From the NCBI GenBank assembly GCA_964484045.1, contig CAZAEP010000001.1:11634-75633 (forward strand): a stretch of 64,000 bases of DNA. The letters run 5' to 3'. The notes under the pieces are model-generated. The model was not told where the DNA came from. It saw only the letters and a list, made by a program, of their open reading frames with translations, and made no database searches. How positions within the stretch are numbered: position 1 is the stretch's first letter; each line of letters opens with the position of its first letter. The translations under genes were made by a program, and so were the position numbers. Of the stretch, positions 25,453 to 33,590 are shown one piece after another. This stretch comes from an uncultured Sphingomonadales bacterium. GTDB lineage: Bacteria; Pseudomonadota; Alphaproteobacteria; Sphingomonadales; Rhodothalassiaceae.

Positions 25453-27621
25453 ATGAACAGATCGATCACCTGTCTCGCCGTGACGGCGGGCCTTCTGCTC
25501 GCCGGCGGCGCCGGTCCGGCGCTTGCCGGGCCGGGAGGCGGCGCCGCCTCGATGGCGGCGGCGAAAGTGGGGCCGATGCACAAGCTCGCGCCCGACCTGA
25601 GGGCGCTCTACGATCGGAAGATGCACGGCCTTTACGCCGGCACGGCGCCGGCCATGGCGCCGGAATATGACGGCTACGCCGCCATCGACGCGGCGGCCGA
25701 GGACGTCGACGCCCTCAAGGCGCGGCTTTCGGCGCTGGGGGCCGAACGCATCTCGTCCTTCGGCCACATGGTCTCCGCCCTCGTCCCCGTCGACGCGCTC
25801 GACGACCTCGCGACGAGCGATGTGCTGCTCTACGCCCGGCCGTCGCTGGCCCGTTCGGATGCCGGACTCGTCACCTCGGAAGGCGACATCACCCTGCGCA
25901 GCGACGAGGCGCGGGCGGCGTTCGAGGTCGACGGCAGGCGCACGCGCGTCGGCATCCTGTCGGACAGCTTCAACTGTCGCCGCGATCCGGCGAGCGTCGC
26001 CACCACAATGGACCAGGACATCGCGTCGGACGACCTGCCCGCGGACATCCTCATCCTCGAGGATCTGACCTCCGGATGCAGCGACGAAGGCCGCGCCATG
26101 GGGCAGCTCGTCCACGATGTCGCGCCGGGCGCCGCCCTCGCCTTCCACACCGCTTTCCTCGGCCAGGCGGACTTCGCCAACGGCATCCTGGAGCTGGCGT
26201 TCGAGGCGGGCTCCGACGTCATCGTCGACGACGTCATCTTCTTCGCCGAGCCCATGTTCCAGGACGGAATCCTGGCCCAGGCCGCCGACATCGTGAATTC
26301 CTGGGGCGTCCCCTATTTTTCCTCCGCCGGCAACAACGCCCGCGATTCCTATGAGGACGAATTCCGGGCCGTCACGGCGACGAACGACGGCATCAGCGGC
26401 ACCTGGCACGATTTCGATCCCGGACCCGGCGTCGATACGCTGCAGGATTTCTTCCTCTCGACATCGAGCGGATTCGCCCAGACCACGCTCAGCTTCCAGT
26501 GGGACGAGCCCTTCTTCTCGGTCAGCGGTGCGCCCGGCTCGGCAAGCGATGTCGACGCCGTCTTCTTCGACGCCGACGGCAATGTGCTGCTCGACTGTTT
26601 CGCCGATTTCGACCCCGCGGCCTTTCCCGCCACCGGAGGTTTCCCGCCGCTGTGCCAGTTCGGCTCCACGGACAATCGCGGCGGCGACGCCGTCGATCTG
26701 CCGTCGGTGGTGAGCTTCATCGGGCCGGTCACCGTCCAGCTCGGCTTCTTCGTCGCCGCCGGACCGGCGCCGCACCATGTCAAATACGTGCCCTTCGACC
26801 GTTCGGGCGGATTCGCCATCGCCGAATACGCCACCGACAGCGGCACGGCCTACGGACACACGAATGCCGCCGGCGCGGAAGCGGTCGGAGCCGCCTTCTG
26901 GCTCTATACCGAGGAATTCACGGCACCGGACACCACCTTCCTCGGCGGGGACTGCATTCCCGCCTGTCTCAACAGCTTCTCCTCGGCGGGCGGCGTGCCG
27001 ATCTTCCTCGACACCGACGGAAACCGCCTCGCGACCCCGGATATCCGGCCGAAGCCGGGGGTCGTCGGTCCCGACGGCGGCAACACGACCTTCTTCGTCA
27101 GCGACACGAGCCTCGATCCCGACAGCTTCCCGAACTTCTTCGGCACCTCGGCCTCGGCACCGCATGTGGCGGCGGTGGCGGCCCTGATGCTCGATGAGGA
27201 GGAGGCCGGAATCGTCGACAAGAAGGGCCGCTTCCGCGTCTGCCATGTGCCGCCGGGCGACCCGGACGACGAGAAGAGCATCAAGGTCGGCGCAGCGTCC
27301 GTCCTCACCCATCTCCTGCACGGGGACCGCTTGCGCAAGTGCGACGCGATCACGCCGGCGGAGATTCACGGCATCCTGCGTGCGACCGCCCAGGACATGA
27401 GCGAACGCTGGACCGGCATCTTCCGCACGTCGACGGGGTTCCTCGTCCTGATCGAGGAAGTCGCCGACGCCTTGGGCTTCGATTTCGATACCGGCTTCGG
27501 CATGGTCGACGCCTTCGAGGCCCTGCGGGCCCTCGACGACGACGACGATGATGACGAGGTCGCCGAGAACGAGGACGATGACGACGATCATCACAAGAAG
27601 GGTCATGGCGACGACGACTGA
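25453..27621 (+). CDS. Secreted subtilase-fold (clan SB, S8/S53-like) protein with atypical active-site region and an acidic/His C-terminal tail
   Basis: The signal peptide is MNRSITCLAVTAGLLLAGGAGPALA. Subtilase-like blocks are RVGILSDSF (Asp), VAPGAAL, SSAGNNARD (Asn) and GTSASAPHVAAVAALM (Ser), with a terminal GFGMVDAFEAL. The tail is DDDDDDDEVAENEDDDDDHHKKGHGDDD. Confidence 0.8.
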   Translation: MNRSITCLAVTAGLLLAGGAGPALAGPGGGAASMAAAKVGPMHKLAPDLRALYDRKMHGLYAGTAPAMAPEYDGYAAIDAAAEDVDALKARLSALGAERISSFGHMVSALVPVDALDDLATSDVLLYARPSLARSDAGLVTSEGDITLRSDEARAAFEVDGRRTRVGILSDSFNCRRDPASVATTMDQDIASDDLPADILILEDLTSGCSDEGRAMGQLVHDVAPGAALAFHTAFLGQADFANGILELAFEAGSDVIVDDVIFFAEPMFQDGILAQAADIVNSWGVPYFSSAGNNARDSYEDEFRAVTATNDGISGTWHDFDPGPGVDTLQDFFLSTSSGFAQTTLSFQWDEPFFSVSGAPGSASDVDAVFFDADGNVLLDCFADFDPAAFPATGGFPPLCQFGSTDNRGGDAVDLPSVVSFIGPVTVQLGFFVAAGPAPHHVKYVPFDRSGGFAIAEYATDSGTAYGHTNAAGAEAVGAAFWLYTEEFTAPDTTFLGGDCIPACLNSFSSAGGVPIFLDTDGNRLATPDIRPKPGVVGPDGGNTTFFVSDTSLDPDSFPNFFGTSASAPHVAAVAALMLDEEEAGIVDKKGRFRVCHVPPGDPDDEKSIKVGAASVLTHLLHGDRLRKCDAITPAEIHGILRATAQDMSERWTGIFRTSTGFLVLIEEVADALGFDFDTGFGMVDAFEALRALDDDDDDDEVAENEDDDDDHHKKGHGDDD

Positions 27622-27651
27622 GAACGGTCGTCCCGCTCACTGATCGAATGG

Positions 27652-27682
27652 CGGGCGGACCTCGGTCCGCCCGTCTTCTTTC
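27652..27682 (+). terminator. Intrinsic terminator after the subtilase-like gene
   Basis: A perfect 9-bp stem pairs CGGGCGGAC (27652..27660) with GTCCGCCCG (27665..27673), with loop CTCG. A T-rich TCTTCTTTC follows. Confidence 0.55.
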
Positions 27683-27704
27683 GCCATTCTCGCCACCGTC
27701 CGTC

Positions 27705-28919
27705 ATGTCGCCATTGACGTCGCGACGCGGCGAGGCTATCGCCGGCGGCATGGTCCGGACCAGGCCCCCGACACGACTCCCTCTCGCCGAGTTTGCGCGC
27801 CGCAAGCTCGCCGATCTCGCCGAGCGCGGGATCCTGCGCCGCCTCGCCACGAGCCGTCGCGGCGCCCATCAGGAGGTCGAGCGCGACGGCCGGCGTCTCG
27901 TCGCCTTCTGCGACAACGACTATCTCGGCCTGACGCAGGATCCGCGCGTCAAGGCGGCGGCGCAGGCGGCGATCGCGGCCCATGGCGCCGGCGCCGGCGC
28001 CTCGCGTCACATCACCGGCAATCCGCCGCTCTACGAGGCTCTCGAAGCGCGGCTCGCCGCCTTCAAGGGCCATGAGGCGGCGGTCGTTTTCGGCAGCGGC
28101 TATCTCGCCAATGTCGGCGCCGTGCCCGTTCTCGCCGGCCGCGGCGACCTCGTTCTCATCGACGAGCTCGCGCATGCCTGCCTCTTTGCCGGCGCGCAAC
28201 TGGGCGGGGCGCGCGTCTGCCGTTTCCGGCACAATGACCTCGCCGATGCCGAGCGCCTGCTCGCGACGCGACGCCACCGCCACGAGCGTGCGCTGATCGT
28301 CACCGACGGCGTCTTCTCGATGGACGGCGATCAGGCGCCCCTGGCGGCGCTGCAGGATCTCGCCGGGCGCCACGACGCCTGGCTCTATGTCGACGACGCG
28401 CACGGCCTCGGTGTGCTGGGCGCGGGGCGCGGCACCGCCGCCGAGCAGGGCGTGCGCCTGTCTCTCGGCATGGGCACGCTGTCGAAGGCGCTCGGCTCCT
28501 ATGGCGGCTATGTCAGCGGCCCCGCACCGGTCATCGACCTGATCAGGTCGCGCGCACGCAGTCTCATCTACACCACCGGCCTGCCGCCGGCGGCGACGGC
28601 AGCGGCGCTGGCGGCGCTCGAGATCATCGAGCGCGAACCCGAACGCTGCCGGGTGCCCTTGGCCCATGCCCGCCGCTTTGCCGCGCGGCTCGGCCTGGCG
28701 AAGCCCGAAAGCGCCATCGTGCCGCTCGTTCTCGGCACGCCGCAGGCGGCGCTCGCAGCGCAACGGGCACTCGAGGAGGCGGGCTTTCTCGTCGTCGCCA
28801 TCCGCCCGCCGACGGTGCCCGAGGGGACCGCCCGCCTGCGCCTCTCCTTCACCGCCGCGCACCGGACCGAGGATATCGATCGCCTCGCCGACGCGGTGCG
28901 CGCGCTCGGCCTCGCCTGA
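27705..28919 (+). CDS. bioF: 8-amino-7-oxononanoate synthase
   Basis: It is an alpha-oxoamine synthase. Motifs are FCDNDYLGL, the DDAHGLGV Asp, and the PLP-lysine context GTLSKALGSYGG. The start is uncertain (ATG 27705 or 27750). Track start 27648 lies inside the upstream terminator hairpin. Confidence 0.85.
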   Translation: MSPLTSRRGEAIAGGMVRTRPPTRLPLAEFARRKLADLAERGILRRLATSRRGAHQEVERDGRRLVAFCDNDYLGLTQDPRVKAAAQAAIAAHGAGAGASRHITGNPPLYEALEARLAAFKGHEAAVVFGSGYLANVGAVPVLAGRGDLVLIDELAHACLFAGAQLGGARVCRFRHNDLADAERLLATRRHRHERALIVTDGVFSMDGDQAPLAALQDLAGRHDAWLYVDDAHGLGVLGAGRGTAAEQGVRLSLGMGTLSKALGSYGGYVSGPAPVIDLIRSRARSLIYTTGLPPAATAAALAALEIIEREPERCRVPLAHARRFAARLGLAKPESAIVPLVLGTPQAALAAQRALEEAGFLVVAIRPPTVPEGTARLRLSFTAAHRTEDIDRLADAVRALGLA

Positions 28920-28920
28920 G

Positions 28921-29595
28921 ATGCCCGCGCTTTTCATCACCGCCACCGGCACCGGCGTCGGCAAGACGACGCTCGCCGCCACGCTCGTCCATCAACTGAA
29001 CGCCGCCGGGCACAAGGCGCGGGCGCTCAAGCCGGTGCTGAGCGGCTATGACGCCGCCGACGCGACCAACGATGCGGCCGTCCTCCTGCGTGCCGGCGGG
29101 CGGGAGGCGGACGCGGCGGCGCAGGCGGCGATCGCCCCCTGGCGCTTCGCCGCCCCGCTGTCTCCCGACATGGCGGCGGCGCGCGAGGGCCGGACCATCG
29201 ACGTCGCGGCGCTCGTCGCCTGGTGCCGGAAACAGATGCATGCCGAGGGCTGGACCCTCATCGAGGGCATCGGCGGCGCCTTCGTGCCGCTCGACGCGCA
29301 CAGCCTCGTCGTCGACTGGATGGCGGCGCTGGGCTGCCCCTTCCTGCTCGTCGCCGGCAGCTATCTCGGCACCCTGAGCCACACCATCGCCACCGTCGAG
29401 GCGCTTGCCGCACGCGGCCTCCGGCCCCATGCGCTCGTTCTGAGCGACCGCGGCGACGGTCCCCTCCCGGCGGCGGAGACCGCGAGCGCGCTCGGAGAGC
29501 GCCTGCGACGGCCGGTCCACATCCTGCCGCCGCTTGACGGTGCGAGGCCCTGGTCCCGGGCCCCCGACCTGCTCGCACCGCTCGGCATGAACTGA
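28921..29595 (+). CDS. bioD: Dethiobiotin synthetase
   Basis: ATG 28921 lies 1 nt after the bioF TGA. The N-terminal P-loop is FITATGTGVGKTT. The length is about 224 aa. Confidence 0.9.
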   Translation: MPALFITATGTGVGKTTLAATLVHQLNAAGHKARALKPVLSGYDAADATNDAAVLLRAGGREADAAAQAAIAPWRFAAPLSPDMAAAREGRTIDVAALVAWCRKQMHAEGWTLIEGIGGAFVPLDAHSLVVDWMAALGCPFLLVAGSYLGTLSHTIATVEALAARGLRPHALVLSDRGDGPLPAAETASALGERLRRPVHILPPLDGARPWSRAPDLLAPLGMN

Positions 29596-29613
29596 CGGAG
29601 GCGGCCTTTTCTT

Positions 29614-29632
29614 CCCGGCAAAGCCTGCCGGG
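29614..29632 (+). terminator. Candidate terminator after bioD
   Basis: A 7-bp stem pairs CCCGGCA (29614..29620) with TGCCGGG (29626..29632), with a 5-nt loop. There is no U-tract. Confidence 0.3.
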
Positions 29633-29759
29633 ACGACCGCTCCGCCGCCGCCCGCGCATCGAGAAAATCCGTCTTTTCCATGACTTGTCCGCCGTCCGCC
29701 GGACTGGCCCGGCTCTTGCTCGGTGGCTCCCGGTGCAACCGCGTGAAGGAGGATGAGCC

Positions 29760-29984
29760 ATGCCGGAAATGCAGGATTTCGATCCCGATATCTATTTCGG
29801 AATCGCCGCCGAGAATCTGCTCAGGAACTTCGGCGAGCGGGCGCTCCATTACGCCGAGGAGGCGCTCAGGAAGATGCGCGCCCTCGGCGACGACGACGGC
29901 TTCGACATGTGGCTCGGCATCCAGCGGCAGATGATCGCGCGTGTCCGTCGCACGCATATCCCCGAAGGCACCACGATTCACTGA
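29760..29984 (+). CDS. Small hypothetical protein (74 aa)
   Basis: A strong SD, AAGGAGG, lies 7 nt upstream of ATG 29760. Composition is helical and acidic, with no signal peptide. I do not recognise a family. Confidence 0.5.
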   Translation: MPEMQDFDPDIYFGIAAENLLRNFGERALHYAEEALRKMRALGDDDGFDMWLGIQRQMIARVRRTHIPEGTTIH

Positions 29985-30358
29985 TCCCGATGCGACAGCG
30001 CGAAGGCGGCGGCGGGGTCGAGCCCCATCTCGACGAGGGTCGCCGGGTCCGGGCCCGGCCAGCCGAAGCGGCGCCGGTCGATGCGCTCCGCCGAGTCGAA
30101 CGCCACGCCTTCGGCGAGCAGCCGGCGGCGCTGCTCGGCGCCCGCGGCATGACCGGAAATCCCCCCCTGCGCATTGACGACGCGGTGCCAGGGCACACCG
30201 TCCGTCGCCCCCCGCCCGGCCAGCGCGAAACCGACCATGCGCGGCGTGACGCCGGGGATATAGCCGGCGATCTGGCCATAGCTCGCCACGCGCCCCTCGG
30301 GAATGAGCCGGACGAGCGCCAGAATGCGGGCCGTCTTGTTCGAACAGGTTGCGATCAT
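29978..30358 (-). CDS. Alkyltransferase-like (ATL) DNA-lesion binding protein of the MGMT family, lacking the acceptor Cys
   Basis: It carries the MGMT DNA-binding domain motifs RIPEGRVASYGQIAG. The active-site pentapeptide reads PWHRV (30179..30193) instead of PCHRV. The likely start is ATG 30358; the track TTG 30439 extension looks spurious. Confidence 0.75.
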   Translation of the reverse strand: MIATCSNKTARILALVRLIPEGRVASYGQIAGYIPGVTPRMVGFALAGRGATDGVPWHRVVNAQGGISGHAAGAEQRRRLLAEGVAFDSAERIDRRRFGWPGPDPATLVEMGLDPAAAFALSHRDQ

Positions 30359-30424
30359 ATGGACCAATCCTGTGGCGCCTCGGCGCACCCGCCCCTTCCG
30401 CTCGCCGTCCGCCATAGCGCGCGG

Positions 30425-30449
30425 CCTTGTGATGCACAAGGTCTTGACA
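30425..30449 (+). promoter_or_regulatory. 17-bp palindrome abutting a consensus TTGACA in the atl/mtnP divergent region
   Basis: The palindrome is CCTTGTG-ATG-CACAAGG (30425..30441), followed by TCTTGACA (TTGACA at 30444..30449). I see no convincing -10 hexamer. Confidence 0.25.
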
Positions 30450-30531
30450 GGCGAAGTGCACCTGCGCAGGCATGGCGGAAAGCGGGCCGTCCCGGTAGGA
30501 CGGTCGCGAGTCCTGCGGAGTCGTTACGACC

Positions 30532-31410
30532 ATGGCGGTACTGGGAATCATCGGCGGCAGCGGTCTCTACGAGATCGACGGCCTCAGCGAGAGGCGCTGG
30601 GAGGCGGTCGACTCGCCCTTCGGCACGCCGTCCGACCTGATCCTGCGCGGCCGCCTCGGCGAGGTCGAGCTCGCCTTTCTGCCGCGCCACGGCCGCGGTC
30701 ATCGGCTGACGCCCTCGGGCATCAATTATCGCGCCAATATCGATGCCCTGAAACGTCTCGGCGTCACCGACATCCTCTCGCTCAGCGCCTGCGGTTCCCT
30801 GCGCGAGGATTTCGCGCCGGGCGATTTCGTCCTCGTCGACCAGTTCATCGACCGCACGCGGGGCCGCGCGTCGAGCTTCTTCGCCAACGGCCTCGTGGCC
30901 CATGTGTCCATCGCCGAGCCCACCTGCGGGCGTCTGCGGGAAACGGTGGCGGCGGCGGCGCGCGATCTCGGTATCCGCCTGCATGACGGCGGCACCTATG
31001 TGGTGATCGAGGGACCGCAATTCTCCACCCGCGCCGAATCCGAGCTCTATCGCAGTTGGCGCGCCGACCTCGTCGGCATGACCAATCTGCCCGAAGCCAG
31101 GCTCGCCCGCGAGGCGGAGATCTGCTATCTCACGGTGGGCATGGTGACCGATTACGACTGCTGGCACGACGACCATGCGGCGGTCGAGGTCGCGCAGGTG
31201 CTGCGCATCCTGAAAAACAATGCGGACGCGGCGCGACGGCTCATCACCCTGGCTGCGCCGGCGATCATGGCGGCCCGCCCGGAGATCTGCCCCATGGGCT
31301 GCGACCGGGCGCTCGACACCGCGATCGTGACCGCCCCCGAGATGCGCGACGGCGGACTTCTCGCCAAGCTCGACGCAGTGGCGGGACGGGTGCTCAAGGC
31401 GCGATCATAG
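30532..31410 (+). CDS. mtnP: S-methyl-5'-thioadenosine phosphorylase
   Basis: 292 aa. Motifs are MAVLGIIGGSGLY, FLPRHGRGH, ACGSLRE and VGMTNLPEA, typical of MTAP-type PNP-family enzymes. Confidence 0.9.
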   Translation: MAVLGIIGGSGLYEIDGLSERRWEAVDSPFGTPSDLILRGRLGEVELAFLPRHGRGHRLTPSGINYRANIDALKRLGVTDILSLSACGSLREDFAPGDFVLVDQFIDRTRGRASSFFANGLVAHVSIAEPTCGRLRETVAAAARDLGIRLHDGGTYVVIEGPQFSTRAESELYRSWRADLVGMTNLPEARLAREAEICYLTVGMVTDYDCWHDDHAAVEVAQVLRILKNNADAARRLITLAAPAIMAARPEICPMGCDRALDTAIVTAPEMRDGGLLAKLDAVAGRVLKARS

Positions 31411-31465
31411 CGCCCGGACGACGAAGTTCCGAGGACGGGATGCCTTACGACCGTTGAGTCGCGTA

Positions 31466-32653
31466 TCACGTCCCGGGAATAAAAATGCGTCTCAGAATAT
31501 CGCCGTAGATGTCCCGGAGCGCGATGATGTCGGCGATCGGCGCCCCTTCATTGGCCTTGTGCATGGAGGCCCCGACGAGGCCGAACTCGACCACCGGGCA
31601 ATAGGCGCGGATGAAGCGGGCGTCCGACGTGCCGCCCGTGGTCGACAGCTCCGGACGACGGCCCAGGCGCCCCTCGATCGCCCCCGCGACCGCCTCGGTC
31701 AACGGTCCCGGCGGCGTATAGAAGGCCTCCCCCATGACCACGATATCGAGTTCGTAGGCGATGCCCGTGGTATCCAGCCGGCGGCGCAGCCACTGCTCGA
31801 GGCTGTCCGCGCTGTGAAGGTCGTTGAAGCGGATGTTGAACCACGCTTCGGCGCGACCGGGGATGACATTGGTGGCGTGATTGCCGACCTCGAGATTGGT
31901 GATCTCGAGATGCGAGGGCTGGAAATAGGCGCTGCCCTGATCGAGCGGCTCCGCCGTCAGTGCATCGAGCAGGCGCATCAGGCGCGGAATCGGGTTCTCG
32001 GCCAGATGCGGATAGGCGACATGGCCCTGATGCCCCGCGACGACGAGCCGCGCATTGAGACTGCCGCGGCGACCGACCTTCACCATCTCGCCGAGGCGGG
32101 ACGGATTGGTCGGTTCGCCGACGAGGCAGAAATCGGGAATGTGTCCCTTGTCCGCCATCCACGGCAGCATGGCTGCGGTGCCGTTGATCGCCGGGCCTTC
32201 CTCGTCGCCGGTAATGAGCAGCGACAACGAGCCTTCGAACGCCGCCCCCGCCTCGCCGAGAAAGTCCGCCGCGGCCGCCATGAAGGCGGCGATCGCGCCC
32301 TTCATGTCGGCGGCGCCGCGTCCCATGAGAACGCCGTCCTCGATGACCCCGGCGAAGGGGTCCACGCGCCAGGCTTCGGGATGGCCGACCGGCACCACGT
32401 CGGAATGCCCGGCGAAGCAGAAATGGGGAGCGCCCCCGCCGATGCGGGCGAACAGATTCTGCACTGCTTCGGTTCCCGGCGCCGCGATCTTGCGCCGATA
32501 GGTGCGAAAGCCGAGCGCCTGCAGGGGCCCCTCGATGAGATCGAGCGCCCCGGCGTCGTGCGGCGTCACCGACTGGCAGCGCACCAGATCCTGTGCCAGG
32601 GCGATCGGATCGAGGCGAACGGCGCCGCCGGGGGGCGTGCGGGGGCGCGTCAC
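31466..32653 (-). CDS. dapE: Succinyl-diaminopimelate desuccinylase
   Basis: M20 motifs are [18 protein letters not shown] and [11 protein letters not shown] 32653 overlaps the dapD stop (GTGA). The longer track ORF to 33061 reads through dapD in another frame. Confidence 0.9.
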   Translation of the reverse strand: MTRPRTPPGGAVRLDPIALAQDLVRCQSVTPHDAGALDLIEGPLQALGFRTYRRKIAAPGTEAVQNLFARIGGGAPHFCFAGHSDVVPVGHPEAWRVDPFAGVIEDGVLMGRGAADMKGAIAAFMAAAADFLGEAGAAFEGSLSLLITGDEEGPAINGTAAMLPWMADKGHIPDFCLVGEPTNPSRLGEMVKVGRRGSLNARLVVAGHQGHVAYPHLAENPIPRLMRLLDALTAEPLDQGSAYFQPSHLEITNLEVGNHATNVIPGRAEAWFNIRFNDLHSADSLEQWLRRRLDTTGIAYELDIVVMGEAFYTPPGPLTEAVAGAIEGRLGRRPELSTTGGTSDARFIRAYCPVVEFGLVGASMHKANEGAPIADIIALRDIYGDILRRIFIPGT

Positions 32654-33507
32654 GGGTTTCTCAGGAGATCGTTGATCGCCGTCTTGCGCCGGGTTCCGGC
32701 ATCGACGCGCTTGACGATCACGGCGCAATAGAGCCCGGGACCCGGGCTGCCGTCGGCGAGCGGGCGCCCGGGCAACGATCCCGGCACGACGACGGAATAG
32801 GCCGGCACGCGGCCGCGGAAGACCTCCCCCGTCTCGCGGTCGACGATCCTGGTCGACGCTCCGAGATAGACGCCCATCGAGAGCACCGCTCCTTCCTCGA
32901 CGACCACCCCTTCGGCGACCTCGGAGCGGGCGCCGATGAAGCAGTGGTCCTCGATGATCACCGGTGCCGCCTGCACCGGCTCGAGCACGCCGCCGATGCC
33001 GACCCCGCCCGAGAGATGCACATGCGCGCCGATCTGCGCACAGGAGCCGACCGTCACCCAACTGTCGACCATCGTGCCGGCGCCGACATGGGCGCCGATA
33101 TTGACGAAGGACGGCATGAGAACGGCGTCCCGTCCGATGAAGGCGCCGCGACGCACGATCGCGCCGGGCACGGCACGGAAACCGGCGCGCCGGAAGTCGG
33201 CCTCGCCCCAGCCGTCGAATTTCGAGGGGATCTTGTCGAACCAGACGCCGCCCGCACCCGGTCCGCCGGGGATCACCGTCATGTCATTGAGGCGAAAGGA
33301 GAGGAGCACGGCCTTCTTGAGCCATGTCGCGACCCGCCACGCCCCGTCCACCTTTTCGGCGACACGGAAGTCGCCGCGATCGAGACCGGCGATCGCCGTC
33401 TCGATCGCCTCGCGCACCGATCCTCCCGTCGCCGGGCCGATCTCCTCGCGCCTCTTCCACGCCTCTTCGATCTGCTGCTGCAAGTCTTCCACGGACACGG
33501 ACGTCAT
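32650..33507 (-). CDS. dapD: 2,3,4,5-tetrahydropyridine-2,6-dicarboxylate N-succinyltransferase
   Basis: It has hexapeptide-repeat beta-helix segments ([38 protein letters not shown]) and the DapD-type N-terminus. ATG 33507 gives about 285 aa. Confidence 0.9.
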   Translation of the reverse strand: MTSVSVEDLQQQIEEAWKRREEIGPATGGSVREAIETAIAGLDRGDFRVAEKVDGAWRVATWLKKAVLLSFRLNDMTVIPGGPGAGGVWFDKIPSKFDGWGEADFRRAGFRAVPGAIVRRGAFIGRDAVLMPSFVNIGAHVGAGTMVDSWVTVGSCAQIGAHVHLSGGVGIGGVLEPVQAAPVIIEDHCFIGARSEVAEGVVVEEGAVLSMGVYLGASTRIVDRETGEVFRGRVPAYSVVVPGSLPGRPLADGSPGPGLYCAVIVKRVDAGTRRKTAINDLLRNP

Positions 33508-33590
33508 TCCCGTTCGCGCCTTCCGGCGCACCTCCTGCATCGGCGGGCGAGCATAGTCGGGGGTCGGGTCCTGTCAACCGGGCCGGCGCC

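Noticed and set aside
27622-27750. Biotin-regulator operator (alphaproteobacterial BioR-type TTAT-N-ATAA palindrome) upstream of bioF
   Set aside because: No such AT-rich palindrome is present. The region is dominated by the terminator hairpin of the preceding gene. Only bioF and bioD are here; bioA and bioB must lie elsewhere.
29978-30439. Active O6-methylguanine-DNA methyltransferase (Ogt/Ada-type)
   Set aside because: The acceptor cysteine is replaced (PWHRV), so a suicide methyltransferase call is not supported. I annotated it as ATL instead.
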